The position numbers and the translations under genes are program-made. 64,000 nucleotides of DNA from Octopus sinensis (lineage: Eukaryota), in NCBI RefSeq assembly GCF_006345805.1, contig NC_043022.1:1240001-1304000 (forward strand). The letters are read 5' to 3'. Every line of letters begins with the position of its first letter. The first letter of the stretch is position 1. This document shows positions 61,596 to 64,000 of this stretch, piece by piece. The notes under the pieces were generated by a model, which searched no databases, had not been told where the DNA came from, and was given only the letters and a program-made list of their open reading frames with translations.

Positions 61596-61904
61596 GAGGC
61601 ATAACGTTTGATATTTTTTACCCTGTCAGAAAAGAGGATTTGGAAGCTGTCATCTTGTGCATGACTGCACGTGTTGTCTACTGTAAACAAATGAAATATT
61701 GGCAGAGTTCTGCTTTATGCATGCCATATAACCCCTCATAACTTTAAAATTATTTTTGGACTTTCATGTCAATAATTACCATAGAAAACTACATCAATAA
61801 CCAAATCTGAAATCAATTGGAACAAAATTAGAGAAACTGAAAACTGACAGCCAAACAGAAAAGATCCGATGGTTCTGTGAAGCCAATGGGTTTTAACTTT
61901 TACC

Positions 61905-62170
61905 TTTTACTTGTTTCAGTCATTGGACTGTGGCCATGCTGGAGCATCAACTTGAAGGGGTTTAGTTGATCAAATCAAGCCCAGTACTTGTTTTTAAAAA
62001 AAATCTTGTTTTTATTCTGTTGGTATCTCATGCCAAACCTTTAAGTTACAGGGATATAAACAAACCAACAGCGGTGTGGAAGGAGAAAAACATTACACAC
62101 ACACTCTCACACACCAACGAGCTTCTCTTCAGTTTCCGTTTAACAGTTTCAATCACAAGGCTTGGGTCAG
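61905..62170 (-). mobile_element. SINE family A, diverged copy
   Basis: ttttacttgtttcagtcattggactgtggccatgctggagc ... tcacaaggcttgggtcagc. Confidence 0.7.
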
Positions 62171-62507
62171 CTAAGAGCTGACTTCCTAAGATTGAACCAA
62201 AGCTATGTAGAGGACCTAAAGCTATGCCCTAGTACCGCACAGTGAAATCGAACCTGAATTCGAACCACGCAGTTACGAAAGAAACTCGTGAGTCACTCGA
62301 CCGTTATAGAAAGGTAAGTTGATTGAAGCCGTAACAGGTGGCTGTGGTAATAAGGGAGATAAATGTGGTACGACTGTGGAAAATCACGGGAGATAACTTG
62401 TAGTTATTGTCATGAATCTCATAAAATATTTATAGCTGAAGTTAAAACAGTAAATATAAATATTTTGAATGCATTTCTATCAGAAAAAATGATGAGATAT
62501 GTTGATT

Positions 62508-62808
62508 TTGTTCCTTCTGAAGCCATGTCTGGCTCATAAGGGCTAGTTTCCCGGTTTCCTTGGCATATAGGTTCACCACCTGGACGGGACGCGGGTCCGT
62601 CGCAGGTGAGCTGCAAGATGCGGGAGGAAAGAGTGAGAGAAAGTTGTGGCGAAAGAGTCAGCAGAAGTTCGCCATTACCTTCTGCCGGTGCCGAGTGAAG
62701 CTTAGGGGTTTCACTCATAAAAATACACATTGCCCAGTCTGTGATTCGAACCCACGATCCTTCGACCACGAGCCCGCTGCTCTAACCACTAGGCCATAAT
62801 CCCTCCAC
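62508..62808 (-). mobile_element. SINE family B, tail type 1 (MetaSINE-like)
   Basis: Reverse complement: gtggagggattatggcctagtggttagagcagcgggctcg...ggttcgaatc ... ctgcgacggacccgcgtcccgtccagg...ggaaaccgggaaac. Confidence 0.8.
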
Positions 62809-62869
62809 ACTGTTGACCTTGCAACATTTAAAATAAAGCCAGACACAATATTCGATCAGAACCTATAGT

Positions 62870-63178
62870 ATAATAATAATAATAAAAACATTGTGTACAG
62901 TGCTCAGGTGCACTACAACTCATCTAAAGTGTATGTATAATCAGGTGTAGTTTCGGCGGATTTCGGAAAGCATGAGGGCCTTAAAGGATGCAGTGTCATG
63001 GCAGTCAACAACTGACGCAGGCAGTTTATTCCATGCTTCAGCAACTCTGAGCGTGAAGAAATGTTTCCGAAAGTCATGGGAGCTGTGCTGTTTTCTGACT
63101 TTGTGGGCATGTCCACGTGTGTTAGACATATGGAGATCAAAAAGGTGTTCAGTGTTGTTATTGGTGAGATGGTTTCAC
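62870..63178 (-). pseudogene. CR1/L2-clade LINE 3' end
   Basis: ORF 62941-63129 reads SNTRGHAHKVRKQHSSHDFRKHFFTLRVAEAWNKLPASVVDCHDTASFK; (ATT)n tail. Confidence 0.85.
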
Positions 63179-63334
63179 AGGAGCCAGTGGGCAGAAGACC
63201 ATTGGGCTGGCTTAAGGGACGGCAGTGGGGATACTTACGCAAATGTCCTCCCCCCCCCCCACTGACTTTGTTTACTCATAACTTCAAAAGAATTTTTAAA
63301 AAAATACTCTTTTACTTGATTCAGTCACACACAC

Positions 63335-63505
63335 ACATATATACGACGGGCTTCTTTCAGTTTCCGTCTACCAAATCCACTCAAAGCTTTGGTCAGCCCG
63401 GGGCTATAGCAGAAGACACTTGCCCAAGGTGCCATGCAGTGGAACTGAACCCGGAAGCATGTGGTTCGTAAGCAAGCTACTTACCACACAGCCACTCCTG
63501 TGCCT
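63335..63505 (-). mobile_element. SINE family A, 5' half
   Basis: gacgggcttctttcagtttccgtctacc...ttaccacacagccactcctgtgcct. Confidence 0.8.
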
Positions 63506-63896
63506 ATGGATATTTTTAGATGAAACTTTCTACAAATACGCCCCAGATGGTATAGATTACAATTATATTTGCATTTGTGATAAAAAATTTTTTTTTCCGT
63601 GGGTGGAGAGAGAAGTTTCAAGAAACCCAAATGAGTTGGCTTTGTTCCATCGTAATTTTAATGAAATTTTCTACAAACACCTTTCAGACTTTGTAGAAAT
63701 AACAAAATCTAATATGGAGAAAAAAAAAAAAAATGGTGAGCTTGTCCACGTTCATAGTGACACACATCATATATTTCTACAAAATGAAACTTAGAATTTC
63801 GAAAAAAATTTGTGATGTGTGTCCACTGATTTTCTTTTTCATATTGAATTCTGATATAACCGTAATCTACACAGTCTGAAAAGTATTTGTAGAAAT

Positions 63897-64000
63897 AGGA
63901 GTGGTAAGTAGCTTGCTTACGAACCACATGGTTCTGGGTTCAGTCCCACTGTGTGGCACCTTGGGCAAGTGTCTTCTACTATAGCCTCGGATCGACCAAA
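63897..64000 (+). mobile_element. SINE family A, 5' part running off the window
   Basis: aggagtggtaagtagcttgcttacgaaccacatggttctgggttcagtccc...gaccaaa. Confidence 0.8.

Noticed and set aside
63335-64000. Second head-to-head family-A SINE pair as another inversion
   Set aside because: The intervening 390 bp contains diverged units in both orientations, the SINEs sit at different unit positions, and the right copy is cut by the window edge, so register cannot be tested.

Overview
AT-rich eukaryotic genomic DNA. The SINE, CR1, Penelope and mariner repertoire points to a coleoid cephalopod, most likely Octopus (inference). Only one convincing host gene is present: a profilin with an intronless CDS (47505-47903, minus strand). 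It has a TATA box plus initiator promoter (predicted TSS about 48187) and lies in an island of about 11 kb that lacks young transposons. The left third holds a 14/28-bp minisatellite (2.15-4.8 kb) and about 68 copies of a 150-bp satellite (5.1-15.3 kb). That satellite is the homogenised part of an older, diverged 160-165-bp array traceable to 26.6 kb. The old array carries two inverted blocks, one bracketed by a near-identical inverted SINE pair. The rest is dense in tRNA-derived SINEs of several families, non-autonomous Helitrons, TIR MITEs, and decayed mariner, CR1, R4/Dong-like and Penelope-like fragments. The most notable unexplained structure is a tandem array of four ~113-bp units (58.27-58.72 kb), each carrying a degenerate hammerhead-ribozyme core. 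Most ORFs in the supplied track are artefacts of repeats. No computation or database search was run; family assignments rest on motif recognition.
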